Assembly (NCBI GenBank): GCA_036488155.1
Contig: DASXIA010000321.1
Span: 16,023 to 80,022 of the forward strand
Direction: 5' to 3'
DNA from: Streptosporangiaceae bacterium
Lineage (GTDB): Bacteria; Actinomycetota; Actinomycetes; Streptosporangiales; Streptosporangiaceae
DNA length: 64,000 nucleotides
Positions 28,841 to 37,627 of this stretch are shown here, piece by piece. The first letter of the stretch is position 1. Every line of letters begins with the position of its first letter. The notes under the pieces are model-generated. The model worked only from the letters and a program-made list of their open reading frames with translations, was not told where the DNA came from and made no database searches. The position numbers were made by a program, and so were the translations under genes.

Positions 28841-31212
28841 GCCGCGCCTCCGCTCTGCTCGCTGCTCTGGACTGCCTGGATCGCACGCCAGACCCGTTCC
28901 GGCGTGCACGGCATGGTGACGTCACGGACGCCGAACGGCCGGAGGGCATCCACGATCGCGTTCACCACTGCCGGCGTGGAGGCGATCGTGCCTGCCTCGC
29001 CTACGCCCTTGACACCGAGCCGGTTGCTGGCGGGTGTTTCGGTGCGTTCGGTCTTGTACGACGGCAGGTCGGCCGCCGACGGCACCAGGTAGTCAGCCAG
29101 CGTCGTGGTGAGCAGGTTGCCTGCGTCGTCGTAGACGCCCTCCTCGTACAGCGCCTGGGCGATGCCCTGAGCGATGCCGCCGTGCACCTGGCCTTCCACG
29201 ATCAGGGGATTCACCACGACGCCGACGTCGTCGACCGCGACGTAGCTGCGGATCTTCACGAAACCGGTCTCGGTGTCGACCTCGGTCGCGCACAGGTGCG
29301 TGCCGTGCGGGAACGAGAAGTTGTCCGGGTCGTAGGTAGCGTCGGAGTCCAGGGAGGGCTCGACACCGTCAGGCAGGGCGTGCGCAGCGAAGGTGGCCAG
29401 CGCGACCTCCTGGATCGACTTGCTCGCCTCCGGGTCACCCTTGACCGAGAAGCGCCCGGCCGAGAACTCCAGGTCGTCCTCCGAGGCTTCCAGCATCGCC
29501 GCGGCGATGATCTTGGCCTTGGCAACCACCTTGTCGCAGGCGCCAACCAGGGCTATGCCGCCGACCGCGAGCGAGCGCGAGCCATAGGTGTCCATGCCCT
29601 TGGGCGAGACCTGCGTGTCGCCATGCAGCACCCTGATGTCCTCGAACGGCACACCGAGCTGGTCGGCCACGATCTGGCTCCAGGCCGTCTCGTGCCCCTG
29701 ACCGTGCGCGCTGGAGCCGGTGACTACCTCGACCTTGCCGGTAGGCAGCATCCGGATCGAGGCGGACTCCCAGCCGCCCGCGCCGTAGGAGAGTGAGCCG
29801 AGCACCCTGGAGGGGGCCAGGCCGCACATCTCGGTAAAGGTCGAGATGCCGATCCCGAGCCGCACCTTGTCGCCCCGCTCATTGCGCAGCCGCTGCTCCT
29901 CGCGCAAGCCGTCGTAGTCGAATAGCACCTTCGCCTTGGCTGTCGCCGCCTCGTAATTGCCCGAGTCGTAGGTGAGGCCGCAAATGGTCGTGTACGGGAA
30001 CTCCTCGTGCTTGATCCAGTTGCGCTCCCGCAGCTCCAGCGGCTCGATGCCGAGTGAGTCCGCGAGCTCGTCCATGATGCGCTCAATCGCGAACGTCGCC
30101 TCCGGTCGCCCGGCGCCGCGATAGGCGTCGGTCGGCATCTTGGTCGTGAAGACACCGGTGCACTTGAACGAGTACGCGTCCATCTTGTAGATCGCCGGGA
30201 ACATGAATGCGCCCAGCAGCGGCACGCCGGGCGTGACCAGCATCAGGTAGGCACCCATGTCGGCGAGCAGGTCGACCTCCAGGCCGCGGATCCGGCCGTC
30301 GGTGTCGGCGGCGATCTTGATCCGCTGCCACTGATCCCTGCCGTGATGGACGGTCTGGTTGCCCTCGGTGCGCGATTCGTTCCACTTGACCGGCTTGCCG
30401 ACCTTGCGGCCGATCAGCACGGCCAGCACTTCCTCAGCGGTGACCTGCAGCTTCGAGCCGAAGCCGCCGCCCACGTCGGGGGCGATGACCCGGACGTTCT
30501 GCTCCGGGATGCCGAAGAACGCCGACAGCGCGAACCGCAGCACATGGGGGATCTGCGTGGCCGACCAGAGCGTGACCTCGTCGCCGATCCACTGCGCGAC
30601 CACTGCGCGCGGCTCCATCGCACACGGGATCAGCCGCTGCTGCCGGTAGTTCCGCTCCAGTACGACGGGGGCGTCACGGAACGCCGCGTCGACGTCTCCG
30701 TTGGCGAACACCCACTCGTAGCTCTTGTTACCTGCGTCGTGCACCTTCGGCGAGTCCTCGTCCAGCGCGGTGCGGATATCCAGGACCGGAGGCAGCGGCT
30801 CGTAGTCCACGTCGATCGAGGCCAGCGCGTCCGCCGCGGCGTACCTGTCGCGCGCGACGACTACGGCTACCGCCTCGCCTACGTAACGGACCTCGTCGAC
30901 GGCCATCGGCGGGTGGGGCGGGATGACGATGTCAGGAGTCACCGGCCAGGCGCACGGCAGGCTGCCCTGCTCACCAGCGAAGTCGGCGCCGGAGAAGGCG
31001 GCAATCACGCCGGGCTGGCTGAGCGCGCCGCTGACGTCCACCCTGGTGATCTTCGCGTGCGCGTACGGGCTACGCAGAAACGCCAGGTGCAGCATGCCGG
31101 TCAGCTTGATGTTGTCCGTCCAGTTGGTCTGGCCGGTGATCAGCTTCGCGTCTTCCTTGCGCAGCCTGGCCCGGCCGAGCTCGGCGGCCGGCGTGTCGAT
31201 TGTCGCGGTCAC
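28837..31212 (-). CDS. Molybdopterin-binding large subunit, form II CoxL-like (AYRGAGR active-site loop)
   Basis: [18 protein letters not shown]...; the active-site loop is [14 protein letters not shown]. The start GTG 31212 overlaps the small-subunit stop (GTGA). Confidence 0.9.
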   Translation of the reverse strand: MTATIDTPAAELGRARLRKEDAKLITGQTNWTDNIKLTGMLHLAFLRSPYAHAKITRVDVSGALSQPGVIAAFSGADFAGEQGSLPCAWPVTPDIVIPPHPPMAVDEVRYVGEAVAVVVARDRYAAADALASIDVDYEPLPPVLDIRTALDEDSPKVHDAGNKSYEWVFANGDVDAAFRDAPVVLERNYRQQRLIPCAMEPRAVVAQWIGDEVTLWSATQIPHVLRFALSAFFGIPEQNVRVIAPDVGGGFGSKLQVTAEEVLAVLIGRKVGKPVKWNESRTEGNQTVHHGRDQWQRIKIAADTDGRIRGLEVDLLADMGAYLMLVTPGVPLLGAFMFPAIYKMDAYSFKCTGVFTTKMPTDAYRGAGRPEATFAIERIMDELADSLGIEPLELRERNWIKHEEFPYTTICGLTYDSGNYEAATAKAKVLFDYDGLREEQRLRNERGDKVRLGIGISTFTEMCGLAPSRVLGSLSYGAGGWESASIRMLPTGKVEVVTGSSAHGQGHETAWSQIVADQLGVPFEDIRVLHGDTQVSPKGMDTYGSRSLAVGGIALVGACDKVVAKAKIIAAAMLEASEDDLEFSAGRFSVKGDPEASKSIQEVALATFAAHALPDGVEPSLDSDATYDPDNFSFPHGTHLCATEVDTETGFVKIRSYVAVDDVGVVVNPLIVEGQVHGGIAQGIAQALYEEGVYDDAGNLLTTTLADYLVPSAADLPSYKTERTETPASNRLGVKGVGEAGTIASTPAVVNAIVDALRPFGVRDVTMPCTPERVWRAIQAVQSSEQSGGAA

Positions 31213-31676
31213 TGGGCCACTCCCGCCTCTGCCGCGCGCTTGACCGCGCGGACGATGTTCTCGTAACCGGTGCACCGGCAAAGGTTGCCCTCCAGGCCAT
31301 CCCGGATCTCTTCCTCAGTGGGATGGGGGTTGTCGCGGAGCAGGTCGGTCGCCGCCATGATCATGCCGGGCGTGCAGTACCCGCACTGCAGGGCGTGCTC
31401 CTCGTGGAAGGCCCGCTGCACCGGGTGCAGTTCGCCGTTCGCCAGGCCTTCAATGGTCGTCACGTCGGAGCCGTCAGCCTGGACTGCGAGAACTGAGCAA
31501 CTCTTCACCGATTGCCCGTCCATCAAGACTGTGCACGCACCGCAGTTCGAAGTGTCGCACCCGACTGGCGTACCGGTCTTACCGACAACTTCCCTGAGAT
31601 AATGGACGAGTAGCAAGCGAGGCTCGACTTGATCTGCGTACTTAACGCCGTCAACCGTGACGGTGATATGCGTCAT
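31209..31676 (-). CDS. [2Fe-2S] small subunit (CoxS-like)
   Basis: [11 protein letters not shown]...[16 protein letters not shown]...[12 protein letters not shown]...CRCTGY are the two 2Fe-2S cysteine clusters. Confidence 0.92.
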   Translation of the reverse strand: MTHITVTVDGVKYADQVEPRLLLVHYLREVVGKTGTPVGCDTSNCGACTVLMDGQSVKSCSVLAVQADGSDVTTIEGLANGELHPVQRAFHEEHALQCGYCTPGMIMAATDLLRDNPHPTEEEIRDGLEGNLCRCTGYENIVRAVKRAAEAGVAQ

Positions 31677-31762
31677 TCGCTGACACCTCCGGGGACATGG
31701 CACTTGCGCCTCAGGCAAACTTAGGACGGCAGAACCCGGCGCACCAGTCCCAGGCGTGGTGT

Positions 31763-32683
31763 TTAGCCGAACCGGCCGTGCACGTAATCCGCCGTCCGCG
31801 GGTCGGCCGGATCCTCGAAGATCTGCCGGGTCGGCCCTGCCTCGACGATGTGACCCGGAGTGCTGTCAGTAGCCAGGAAAAATGCGCAGTTCTCCGATAC
31901 CCGCTGCGCCTGCTGCATGTTGTGCGTCACGATCACGATCGTTACGACCTGCTCGAGCTCGCGTATTGTCTCCTCGATCACCCTGGTCGATGTCGGGTCC
32001 AGCGCAGAGCATGGCTCATCCATCAACAGCACGTCTGGCGAGATGGCCAGCGACCTGGCGATGCACAGCCGCTGCTGCTGGCCACCGGAGAGCGCGCCGC
32101 CGGGCGAGCGAAGCCTGCGGTGCACTTCGTTCCACAACCCGGCCCGGCGCAGGCTCCCCTCGACGATCTCGCTAGTGTCGCGAACCTTGATGCCGCTGAG
32201 CTTCAGCCCGCTTGCCACGTTGTCGTAGATCGACATAGCCGGGAACGGGTTCGGCTTCTGGAACACCATCCCGATCCGCCGCCTGACTTCAGCCGGACGC
32301 ACCGTGGGGTCGTAAATGTCGTGGTCGGCTAGCAGCACCTGGCCAGAGAGCTGGGCGCCCTTGACCATCTCATGCATGCGGTTGAGAATCCGAAGGAACG
32401 TCGACTTGCCGCAGCCGGACGGCCCGATCAGCGCCGTTACTGTGCCTGGTTCCATGCGCAGCGATACCCGTTCAAGGACCTTGTGCCCGCTGAACCAGGC
32501 GGACACGTTCCTTGCCTCCAGGCCAAGAAGCGGCGCCTGCGGGCTGAGGACCGCGGTATCGGCGCCCATCCACTGCGCTGCGTCCGGCGGATACACGCCG
32601 CGCTGTCCTTCGGCTGAATCAGTCATGGCGGCTGCTCCCGTTCGTCTGCGGGTCATCGTCATCGTGGCGTCTGTCCTCGGCAC
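31763..32683 (-). CDS. pstB: Phosphate ABC transporter ATP-binding protein
   Basis: [24 protein letters not shown] (Walker A and the PstB-specific context), [28 protein letters not shown]. The start is uncertain: GTG 32683 is 2 nt past the upstream stop, and there is an internal ATG at 32626. Confidence 0.93.
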   Translation of the reverse strand: MPRTDATMTMTRRRTGAAAMTDSAEGQRGVYPPDAAQWMGADTAVLSPQAPLLGLEARNVSAWFSGHKVLERVSLRMEPGTVTALIGPSGCGKSTFLRILNRMHEMVKGAQLSGQVLLADHDIYDPTVRPAEVRRRIGMVFQKPNPFPAMSIYDNVASGLKLSGIKVRDTSEIVEGSLRRAGLWNEVHRRLRSPGGALSGGQQQRLCIARSLAISPDVLLMDEPCSALDPTSTRVIEETIRELEQVVTIVIVTHNMQQAQRVSENCAFFLATDSTPGHIVEAGPTRQIFEDPADPRTADYVHGRFG

Positions 32684-32685
32684 GG

Positions 32686-33549
32686 CTAGAAGATGTTGGG
32701 CAGCAGGGCCGCCAGGCTCTCATACAGGTTCCAGAGAATGGCCACTACCGCCGGAGCGGCGACCAGGTACACCGCCCACGGCGACCATCGTGCGGCGGCG
32801 TAGCCGCACCCAACCGCCACCAACGCGAGCGCCAGTCCCCAGGTCATTGTCAGCACCAGCGAGCCGCTATCCCCGGCCAGCGCTAGCTCCGACGGGCCGA
32901 TCGCCGGGAACTGCACATACCCGTTATTTGCCTTTGTGGTCAGGTCAGCATCGACCTCTAGGTAGTAGGCAGGCACGTCTGGCGAGTTCGCCGTAAGCAG
33001 CACAAGCCGATTTAGCGTCGGATCCTTGACCGGATGCTGGCTGTCGCCGATCGCTGCCACCTTATAGACCGAGGTGCCCTGCTGCGTGATCGTGATGATC
33101 TTGTCGCCAAGCCGCAGCTGGTCCAGCCGGGCGAACGGGCCGCCGAAGGTCTCTCGCCTTCCGTAGATCACCGACAGGCCCAGTTGCCCAGGCAGTGGCG
33201 TGTTGCGCAAGTGACCAGGACCGAGAGTTAGGTTCTCCGGCGATGTCCCTTCGACCACCACCATGTGGCGTATGCCGATGGTCGGGATGTCCAGCAGCGC
33301 CAGTGGTGCGCCGGGCTTCGTCGGGCCGAGCGGGCCGGTGTCCTGGCCAAGTTCGTAGGCCAGCTTCGTGTACAGCCCGTGCTGCACGTTGGCCTCTTGA
33401 ATATCCGAGCCGCCCAGCAGATAGCCGATGAAGCCCGCGATCAGCAGCGTGAGCAACAGCAGGCTCACGGCTACGCAGCGGGCAGCTGAGTACCTGCTGG
33501 CCTCCTCGCCGGCGGTCGCCTCCCGCTTGGCCGGCACAACCACCGTCAT
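32686..33549 (-). CDS. Membrane-anchored sortase-fold protein lacking the catalytic His, Cys and Arg (pseudo-sortase)
   Basis: The core LDIPTIGIRHMVVVEGTSPENLTLGPGHLRNTPLPGQLGLSVIYGRRETFGGPFARLDQLRLGDKIITITQQGTSVYKV...RLVLLTANSP parallels class E sortase motifs. It has YGRR in place of AGHR and TANSP in place of TC.P. There is one N-terminal and two C-terminal TM segments. The ATG overlaps the upstream PstS stop (ATGA). Confidence 0.65.
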   Translation of the reverse strand: MTVVVPAKREATAGEEASRYSAARCVAVSLLLLTLLIAGFIGYLLGGSDIQEANVQHGLYTKLAYELGQDTGPLGPTKPGAPLALLDIPTIGIRHMVVVEGTSPENLTLGPGHLRNTPLPGQLGLSVIYGRRETFGGPFARLDQLRLGDKIITITQQGTSVYKVAAIGDSQHPVKDPTLNRLVLLTANSPDVPAYYLEVDADLTTKANNGYVQFPAIGPSELALAGDSGSLVLTMTWGLALALVAVGCGYAAARWSPWAVYLVAAPAVVAILWNLYESLAALLPNIF

Positions 33550-35150
33550 CTGGGGGCCCGTCGCCGGCGACGGGTAGCCGCGTAGATGGCAGGAGGCGCC
33601 CCGACAGCAACCAGGATCAGCGCCGCCGCGACGAACCCGACCATAGCGGGACTACCGTTGCTGGAGGCGACGAGCACTGCTGAGCCCGTCACGGGCCCCT
33701 GTTGCGCGGTCGTCCCGCCACCGGATTGCCCGGGGCCGGTCGTGCTGGCGTTCGAACCGCTGGGGCTCGTTGCGTTTCCGGTACTGGCGGAACTTCCCGA
33801 ATTCGGCGTTGCGCCCGGGGCCGACGCTTTCCCGTTCACGACTACGCAATCCAGCGGCTCGCCGGCTTTCTGACATGGCGATGGCTTCGGCGCGTCCTTC
33901 AGGACGGTGAGCACGCCTTTAGTGAAAGTCGGATTATTGCAATTGCTGGACAGGCTCGGCTCCGGCACGGCGCCAGGAATTTTGGCAGCCTGATTGAGCC
34001 CGCCCTGGACCAGGTTGAGCGGAAGCGGCGAATAACCTAGCTCGGCTGAGTATTGCTGGCCAGCACACAGGAAATAGTTAATATATGTACTCAGAGTATT
34101 GCCGTCCGCGTTGCTGAAATTGCCAGAGGTCTTAGTGCTAGATCTCGGCACGACCAGGTAGCTGTAGCTCGACAGCGGATACGAGCGCGGGTCTTTGTAT
34201 GTGTAAACACTGTCCAGGTCTTGCTGCAGGTAGTTCGGGCTGCTGGCGTTCTCGTTGATCTGTGCCTGGGTCAGCGCGACGGCCACGTTAGACGCCGTGG
34301 GCTTGACGTAATAGCCTGCCGGGTTCAGCAGGCTGACCACTGGGTAGTGGATCGCCAGCGCATAAGCATATTCGTCATAGCCGATAGCGCCCTGGCCATA
34401 ATTTGCCGAGATGTAGGTCGCGACATTCTCTGAGCCGTTCTGCGAAACTGATGCACCCCAGCCGCCAGGGTAGAACTCGGTCGCCCCGCATGGCTTGCCA
34501 GACCCGCCGACCTTGCCGTGGCTCACCCGATTACAGAAGGCACCCCATAGGCTGGGGTAGACATGTGAAAGCCAGCGGGTAAAGAAATAGGTAGCGCCCG
34601 AACCGTCCGACCGGACGACCGGGATGATCGGAATGTTCGGCAGCTGCTGACCGTAGTCGTGGGTAATTTCTTTATTGTCCCAGTTAGTAATCTGGCCAGT
34701 GAATATCTTCGCGACTGTCGTACCGGACAGCCGCAGGTTGGTGATCTGCTTCCCACCTACGTCCAGGTGGTACATGAAGGAAGTTCCGCCGGCTGTGTCC
34801 GGGATGTAGGAATACCCGTACGGCGAAATTTCCGCGCCACCCTGGTCGAACGGATCAGTGCTGCTGCGGAAAGGCGGATCCGACGCGGCGAAATTCACCT
34901 GGCCGCCCATGTAGTTCTGCCGGCCTGCCTCCGACCCGTCCGGGTTGAAGTTGATCACAATCCCGTCCGTACGCAGGTTCTCGGCCCACTGATTGAGGGC
35001 GACGTAACTCCAGGTAGAACCCGCGCCGTTGATTGCGGTGTAAGTGCCGGCCGAACTCGCCAGGGCGGGCGAAACCGGCGCCGCAGCCGCCAGGGCGACC
35101 CCAAGGATCAGCATGAGCCGGCGGCCGGCAAAGCGATGACGAGATCTCAT
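33546..35150 (-). CDS. pstS: Phosphate-binding protein PstS with Sec signal peptide, low-complexity stalk and C-terminal TM anchor (no lipobox)
   Basis: INGAGSTWSYVALNQW, NFNPDGSEAGRQ, NFAASDPP, LSGTTVAKIFTGQITNWDN and IPVVRSDGSGATYFFTRWL reproduce the PstS phosphate-ligand motifs. The N-terminus ends ...PALASS (signal peptidase I-like, no Cys). The C-terminus is ...GPVTGSAVLVASSNGSPAMVGFVAAALILVAVGAPPAIYAATRRRRRAPR. Confidence 0.85.
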   Translation of the reverse strand: MRSRHRFAGRRLMLILGVALAAAAPVSPALASSAGTYTAINGAGSTWSYVALNQWAENLRTDGIVINFNPDGSEAGRQNYMGGQVNFAASDPPFRSSTDPFDQGGAEISPYGYSYIPDTAGGTSFMYHLDVGGKQITNLRLSGTTVAKIFTGQITNWDNKEITHDYGQQLPNIPIIPVVRSDGSGATYFFTRWLSHVYPSLWGAFCNRVSHGKVGGSGKPCGATEFYPGGWGASVSQNGSENVATYISANYGQGAIGYDEYAYALAIHYPVVSLLNPAGYYVKPTASNVAVALTQAQINENASSPNYLQQDLDSVYTYKDPRSYPLSSYSYLVVPRSSTKTSGNFSNADGNTLSTYINYFLCAGQQYSAELGYSPLPLNLVQGGLNQAAKIPGAVPEPSLSSNCNNPTFTKGVLTVLKDAPKPSPCQKAGEPLDCVVVNGKASAPGATPNSGSSASTGNATSPSGSNASTTGPGQSGGGTTAQQGPVTGSAVLVASSNGSPAMVGFVAAALILVAVGAPPAIYAATRRRRRAPR

Positions 35151-37627
35151 GGCCTAGTCCTCCTCGGGAGCCGCAGACCGGGCAGGCGCTGGGTCAGCAC
35201 GCGCGCTCGGCGCAGCCTGCTGAGGGCAGCAGCGCCGCCGCGCCGCCCCACGACGAGCCCGGTAGAACCGGCCAAAGCAAGCAGTACGCCAGCGATGAGC
35301 AGTACCTGCAGGGCATACCTGGCTGGCCCAGAGGTACCCGGATGGCTGTCGTAGCCAAGGCTGATGGTTCGCGGACTCGACGACTTGGTAGCGGAAGCCG
35401 ATGACGATGGGCTCGCAGAAGCAGTCGGCGTAGTGCTTGCAGCGTGCTTGGCTTTCTTACCGGCCTGATTGAGTACCTCGCGGGCCGCTTTGAGAGTCTG
35501 CGCCCGCATCGTGGCGGTCAGCGGCAGGTAGCCAGGAGGCAGCTCGCCGGGACCGAACCCGGGCTGCTGGCCTGGGCCAGCTACGTAGTCAAGCCATTGG
35601 GCGATCTTGGCTGCCTTCCGCTTCGAGATTCCCCCGGTCGGGACCATTGCGTAGATGACTATTGTCAGCGGGTAAGCAGTGCGGAACTTCTTACTTGTGT
35701 TTTTCAAATTGAACTGCTGGGTGACGCCATTCTTCGCGGTCGTCATATCGCCAAGCGCAGCGCTCATGCTCGCCGCGGTAGGCGCGGCGTAATTGCCTGC
35801 TGGGTTCTCCACTGACGCCACCGGCAGACGGTAGGCGGCGGCGTCGGACTGGTCGAGGACCGCGAACAGGGAACGCGTGCCGGGAATCTCCGGACTTGGC
35901 GGTGGAAAGCTGCCGTTCGCGACCGGAATCCACTGAGTACCGGGCGACATGTCGTTCACCTGATTCTGAGCGACCGCACTGAGCGGGAAGACAGGAACAA
36001 ACTGACGCTGGATCGGCGGGAACGGATCGAACGAATTCAGCGCGCTGGTCGGAAGCTTCATGCCGAGGTACCAGGAATTGACATGCGCGCCCCAGGGGTC
36101 AAAGCTGCCGCCAGCGAACGCCTTCGCATCCTTGTTCGCGGATATCCACTTGGTGAGTTCCGTGGTCATGTCGCTTTGGCCGGACAACACGGTGGGTATC
36201 TCATACGGATACGCGGGACTCACGGGCGGGAAATGCGGGTTAAGCTTTCGGAACTCGGGATCCACGAAGAGTGACGCCGGGTCATTGTCAACCCCGTTGT
36301 CGCACGTGCGACCCTTGTGAGGCGGGCCGTTACCGCACCCCTCATTCGAGAAGTTAAAGGACTGGGTCAGCAGCTTGAGCACCAGCCTCGGGTCGAGTTT
36401 GAGATGGCTGTCCTGCTTTCCCGTCCTGGAGTTGTCGACCCCAAATGCGACGGACTCCGCCGTGATGGCCACCGGGGCGTAGGTAAATGGCCGCGCCGCG
36501 CCACCGGTCGAAGTGACCGGAAGCGTGGTGAATCCGACGTCCGCCGTGGGCGGGCTGGCCGTGAAATCCGTCCGGGCCAGCGGCTCGCCCTGGGTCGAGT
36601 CATACCGGATGACCACTGGGCTGGCGGAAGCGCACAGCTTGGTCTGCCAAGACGTCATCGCGCGAGCCAGCATCGGCGAGCCGATCGCGCTGAATTGAGA
36701 ATTGCGCACCGGGCAGTTCGTGGGCGTCGGCGCGAAGTGGATCGGCACTATAATCCGGTCTCGCCAGGCGCAGATCCCGGTTTGGGAACCGAATGAGGAG
36801 CTTCCGGTGGCGTATTCGAATAGCCCCTTATCCTCGCTGTGATCCTTGCAGTGGCCGTTGCCGGCATTGCCGCCATCGGCCGCATCTATGATCAGCGAGC
36901 ACGCGTGGCCTTGACCGCAGCCTAGGTTCGGGGCCTCTTGCGCAGTGAGCAACTGAATGTATGCGACTCCCGTTCCGTCGGGCGACGTTGTCGCGTACAC
37001 GGTGTTGTACGGCCCGAACTGGCTCTCCTGCGCTGCCGCACCGCTGTTGTTGACGCCGAAGCACTGGCTCCGTTTCGTCGGGTGAGGGACGGAGCACTGG
37101 GCAATCATGACCGGGTAGAAGGTCGTGATCGCCTGGTAGGGCAAGCCCTGACTCGGTGTGAACCCTCGCCACTTCACCTGGACTACCTGGTTGACCAGCG
37201 AACCCACCTGGGTGACCGTGACGTAGCTGGGGTTAGAGAAGTATTTGTGCTTCGCCGGATCCCACATCTTCGGCCCCTTGACGACCGCGCCCCCTGGTGG
37301 CGTTGGCGGCCGGGCTGTGGGGTGGCCCGGCTTGGGTGAATGACTCGGGCTGGGTTTCGGTGACTTGCTCGGTGCCGGTGACACGCTCTGCGTTGGTGAC
37401 GTGCTTGCCGTCGGCGACTGGCTGGGCGTGGACGACTGGCTCGGTTGCCCCGCGACGACACTCGCGTGCGCATCCGAGGCGATCCCGGCTGCCGAGGGCA
37501 GTAGCGCGACGGCCATCACTATCGATCCGGCACCGGCCAGCACGAACACTCGACGGGCAAAATCAGGTGCCGGCAGTCGCGAACGCAAGGTGCCCCTCAT
37601 CTGGTGGTCCTGACCGGGACGGTTCAT
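35147..37627 (-). CDS. Large (~826 aa) surface protein: signal/TM, Pro/Ser/Thr-rich stalk, Cys-containing domain, degenerate PstS-like domain, C-terminal TM anchor
   Basis: VFVLAGAGSIVMAVALLPSAAG, then a QPSQSSTPSQSPTASTSPTQSVSPAPSKSPKPSPSHSPKP stalk. The PBP-like part runs NSQFSAIGSPMLARAMTSWQTKL...IPTVLSGQSDMTTELTKWI...AYPLTIVIYAMVP. The tail is SHPGTSGPARYALQVLLIAGVLLALAGSTGLVVGRRGG. I chose ATG 37627 as the start because it overlaps the pstA stop (ATGA); the longest ORF starts at 37834. Confidence 0.65.
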   Translation of the reverse strand: MNRPGQDHQMRGTLRSRLPAPDFARRVFVLAGAGSIVMAVALLPSAAGIASDAHASVVAGQPSQSSTPSQSPTASTSPTQSVSPAPSKSPKPSPSHSPKPGHPTARPPTPPGGAVVKGPKMWDPAKHKYFSNPSYVTVTQVGSLVNQVVQVKWRGFTPSQGLPYQAITTFYPVMIAQCSVPHPTKRSQCFGVNNSGAAAQESQFGPYNTVYATTSPDGTGVAYIQLLTAQEAPNLGCGQGHACSLIIDAADGGNAGNGHCKDHSEDKGLFEYATGSSSFGSQTGICAWRDRIIVPIHFAPTPTNCPVRNSQFSAIGSPMLARAMTSWQTKLCASASPVVIRYDSTQGEPLARTDFTASPPTADVGFTTLPVTSTGGAARPFTYAPVAITAESVAFGVDNSRTGKQDSHLKLDPRLVLKLLTQSFNFSNEGCGNGPPHKGRTCDNGVDNDPASLFVDPEFRKLNPHFPPVSPAYPYEIPTVLSGQSDMTTELTKWISANKDAKAFAGGSFDPWGAHVNSWYLGMKLPTSALNSFDPFPPIQRQFVPVFPLSAVAQNQVNDMSPGTQWIPVANGSFPPPSPEIPGTRSLFAVLDQSDAAAYRLPVASVENPAGNYAAPTAASMSAALGDMTTAKNGVTQQFNLKNTSKKFRTAYPLTIVIYAMVPTGGISKRKAAKIAQWLDYVAGPGQQPGFGPGELPPGYLPLTATMRAQTLKAAREVLNQAGKKAKHAASTTPTASASPSSSASATKSSSPRTISLGYDSHPGTSGPARYALQVLLIAGVLLALAGSTGLVVGRRGGAAALSRLRRARVLTQRLPGLRLPRRTRP

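Noticed and set aside
28837-31212. Genuine (form I) carbon monoxide dehydrogenase
   Set aside because: The active-site loop reads AYRGAGR rather than AYRCSFR, and the gene order is S-L-M. I therefore treat it as a form II CoxL-like enzyme of unknown substrate.
33546-35300. Canonical LPXTG/LAXTG sortase recognition motifs in the two tail-anchored proteins
   Set aside because: Only loose P-x-T-[GS] strings (PVTGS, PGTSG) precede the hydrophobic helices. I report the tail architecture but do not claim a true sorting motif.
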